Position numbers and translations under genes: made by a program. Positions 60,550 through 64,000 of a stretch of 64,000 nucleotides of DNA are shown here, in pieces (position 1 is the stretch's first letter; the number at the start of each line of letters is the position of its first letter). The notes under the pieces were generated by a model. The model worked only from the letters and a program-made list of their open reading frames with translations, made no database searches and was not told the origin of the DNA. This DNA comes from Cenococcum geophilum (Eukaryota): assembly GCA_050273025.1 (NCBI GenBank), contig CP158636.1, positions 11,904,001 to 11,968,000 of the forward strand. The letters are read 5' to 3'.

Positions 60550-63500
60550 CTAAGAGGGTAGCAATACCTCCGGATATATAATATTAGCAGTTATACTATC
60601 CCCGTCCTGCGGTAGTAATAGCGAAAGCCTATATATATCCGTTATTCTTAACAGTGTAATATATAGCTGCCTATGCGTAAAGACTAGTATACGTAAATTA
60701 ACCCTAATAAAGTTAAAAGACTGCTCTTGCGACTTGTTTACGGTTATAGTAAAGCATAGCCGGATTGGAAACTGCTTTCTACTAATAATAAACGGCAGTT
60801 CTCCGTCTGTAGAGGTAAGCTTAATATAAGGGATTAGCCGTAGCTGCCTATAAAAGCTGCCGCTAAGCATCTAAGCTTTAATACAGCGCCGGCCTAGGCG
60901 CGTAATAACTATATAGGTGCCGTTATAGAGCCCTTCCTTAGGGTAGAGGTTCTGTAAAAGAATTATAGGCGCGCCTACCTTTAGGGAAAGCTTTAACGGA
61001 GGTAGGCTATTAGGGTTAAATGTCTGCAGAAGCTCCACCGGCGGTAGTTCTATATAATTTTCTTCTCTATTTTGCTCTACAGAGTTTATAAAATAAAAGG
61101 TGCTTAGGGAGTCGCAGAGCCGCGTAAGGATAGCCTCGTTAATCTTAGCTATAGTATTATTGCGAATAGTTAGGATAGCGCGATCGCGGAAGGTATTTAG
61201 GTTATAATGTGCCCGCGTAAGTAGATATAGAGGGTATATATGCCCGTAAAAGGATTCCTGGGATTAAAACTGGGCTATACTAGATAGAATACTAACCCTA
61301 TTAGCTAGGGATGTATTATAGGATAAGCTTCGCACTTAAGCGGTAAACTACTAGTTTATCTCGCCCTGGTAGACACGTATATTTAACTATAGGGAGAGGA
61401 TATAGAAGGTAGGCCAGAGGAATGACCGCTATAGGTAAGCACCTATAATAGCTACGCGGTTCCCCTATAGGACAATAGGTAGTATCTAAGTAAAGTTACT
61501 ACCTAAGATAGTAGGGAGCCCGCTAAAGGTAGAGTTATTAAAATAGATGTCTGTAAGTATACGGTGCATAGCTTTAAAGTAGTAGCGGTGCTATATTAGT
61601 ACCTTATTCTAAATAAGCAGAGAGGTACGGCGTAGAAGCTTAGCTAGATTTAATTTTTAGAGATATTGCAAGTAAACTCTTTATATAGATTAATAGTTAT
61701 CTAAAAACGGGAGTGGGTAGTATGGTTGCCGGGTAGTAGGAGGGCCGTAATACTAGAAGAAGCTATATAAAGAACAATCTTACTACGCGAGCGGTAGTAG
61801 TAGCAGAGGCAGTAATAGAGAAACGTTTTACTAGTGCCTATAAGGCCCTAGAGGAAGAAGTGGGCCGTCTATAGATTAGTATCTATAGCGGTAACGATAG
61901 TTTTAAAGCACGCTGCTTAGTTCATATTTAGCTACTAGCGTAGCTTAGTAAACTAGCGTTTTTTCTCTATAGGGTTGTATTACTATAGCTCCGCTACAAG
62001 AAGCGGGTTACTTTCCTCCGTAATAATACCCTACTAGTACTAGAATTGGGGAAGGCTATAGTCTATAAGCGTCTTTTAGTAATTTATAAGTATTTAATAG
62101 ATAAAGTATAGGCGTTATCATCCTTGCTAACTATAGGAGGAGTATTAGGTTAGCGGGCTAGAAAGCAAGGTAGATTATTATAGATAGACTATTTAAAGCG
62201 GTCCTATAAAGCAACTGGCTCCGTAATAGGGCTATAAAGTAAAGCGGTTATAAATAAGGAGCGTAGCTAGGCGCTAACGGTAAAAACAGCGGCCTCCGTT
62301 AAGTAATTAATCCACTTATAATTATCTTCTAGTAGGCCTAAGGCCACGTAGGCAGTTTAGAAGGTTAAATAAACTATACCAGTAACGGTATAGAGGTCCT
62401 TAAAAAAGGTAGGGCCAGGAACGGATATTAGTAGTAGCCGTAAGTAGAACCTCTCCCCTATAATAAGGTTGTAGTAATATATACGGCCTATTATAGTACT
62501 TTACTAGCGAGGATACTATTTCTGCTGCTTTATATAAAAGATATACCGCTTAGGGAAGTCTTAATATAGGCAGTTACGAGCATCCTTATACTCCGCGTTA
62601 TATTTAAAAAAGGCCGTTAATATAGAGTAGAAGAGCTTAAGACGCTGCTGGATCTTCTATATAGACTAGTCTAGCTAAAAGTATACGGGCTACTTACCTA
62701 GAAGGTGCACCGTAAGCTAGATTATAGGGGGGAACTCCTTATAAATAGGAAACTTAAATAGCCGCTAGATAGCCTTAGAGGGGCCGATATAATAGCTCTA
62801 TAAATACTAGCTTACCTTATCGCCGTCTGTAAGCCATAAAGTAATATAGTTGCTCCCCTTATATATATACTTATAGATATACTTAACGGACTTTATAAAG
62901 GCGTAGACCTTAACATTTATATAGGTATAATACTTTATGGTTAGATATAGGGAGTATAGAATAATCTAGCGGTTATCTATTTTAAAGGTAGCTTTAGTAA
63001 GCCCTAGTAAGTAAACAGACCACAACCATAGATTGTTATAATAGCCATATTCTGGATAGCCGTCCTTATATATAATAGTAGTAGGGTTAAAAGCCTTAGG
63101 GTACCGCTTTAAGTAGGTTAGCGGAAGGCCTAGCCCTAGTAAAACTATATAGGGAGCTCGTAGATTTTAGGAGCCGTAAGGGCCGTAAACTATTATTATT
63201 TTTATAATCTTAGTAAGACAACTAATAGGATCGTCCTCTGGCTGCGGAAGCTTAGTAGATATAAAATGGTTAATAATAGCTAGGTTTAGCAGCCTATCGC
63301 GGTTATATAGATATAGAAAGAGTAGTAGGTATAGATAGGGCAGGCCCTATTTTTAGTACTTAATAGTTTAAACGGAGCCGCGGTACCGGCTAAAGATTTA
63401 CTTCCGTTTTAGGTTATATAGGAGGTAGGTAACTTTTATATAAAAGACGCGTATAACTAGATTAGGCCTATCTATAGTAGTCTAGCTAGGTAGTAGCTCG

Positions 63501-64000
63501 CGGGTAATCTTGTTTTACCTAAGGTTAGCAATAAACGTAATAAATATACTAGGACGGCCGTATTTGCGGACAATAGCAATTAAATCCTAATAGCACTAGC
63601 CGATAAAGCGAGCTCCGCTAAAAAAAAAAGCTTAATAGAAGGACTACGCGGCGGCCTAATAATTTAGGGTCTAGATTGGCGCGGGTAAGAGTATCTGTAA
63701 CGCCGTTATATAGCTCTATATAAAAGGCAGGTTAGTAAAAGCGGATCTAGTTAAGCTTATTCTAATTATATAGTGCCTATACATCTATAACGTACTACTA
63801 AAATAGCGGGTAGTAGGTAAAAGGGACTAACTTAGAGTGCCTATAGACGTGTAGGTAGAACCAAAAGTAGGCCTATTAGGTTAAACGGTTTTGCTAGCGG
63901 GCTTAATTAGAGTTGCGTAGCTAGAGACCCTAGTGCTAGCCAGTATTACTATGGGGGACGTTAGGAAAAAATTTACCTGCATCTAATTTTACTTTTCTGC
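60550..64000 (-). pseudogene. Helitron Rep (HUH) / PIF1 helicase
   Basis: (E)Y(Q)K(R)GLP(H)L(H)LLL ~63360-63320, KY..KY.YKG, FFL*G..GT.KTFL, SS.I.ALLLPG, F.GLPT.LG.(D)F.*IL, RKQFPIRLCFTITVNKSQ, NIIYPEVLL. Confidence 0.95.

Larger units (their letters stand above)
60186..64000 (-). mobile_element. Helitron, 3' part (runs off the window)
   Basis: RepHel pseudogene, subterminal minisatellite, hairpin 60192-60213 followed by TCTTGT. Confidence 0.85.

Overview
This is fungal (ascomycete-type) heterochromatin heavily mutated by repeat-induced point mutation (RIP). TpA is in strong excess, CpA/TpG is depleted, repeat copies differ by C>T/G>A, and Gln/Trp codons have become stops, so no intact gene survives and nearly all supplied ORFs are spurious. 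Protein motifs were read by manual translation allowing for RIP, and internal gene limits are approximate. (1) ~0.7-17.6 kb: a RIP-killed cluster of intron-containing non-TE genes, including a C2H2 protein with WxTFxATPF repeats and a chromodomain protein. Three of the genes share a 37-bp upstream motif; the cluster is probably cargo of a multi-copy giant element. (2) 17.7-28.5 kb: Gypsy remnants, one LTR of which is split by a ~2.1-kb Helitron2-like non-autonomous element carrying a hairpin satellite. That element hosts a Fot1/pogo transposon, which in turn hosts a complete Ngaro-type tyrosine-recombinase retrotransposon. (3) 28.8-59.4 kb: four fully nested Gypsy LTR retrotransposons (A>B>C>D) with resolvable LTRs and target-site duplications (TSDs), plus a CCC..GGG MITE. 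(4) 60.2-64 kb: the 3' part of a Helitron Rep/PIF1-helicase element on the minus strand.
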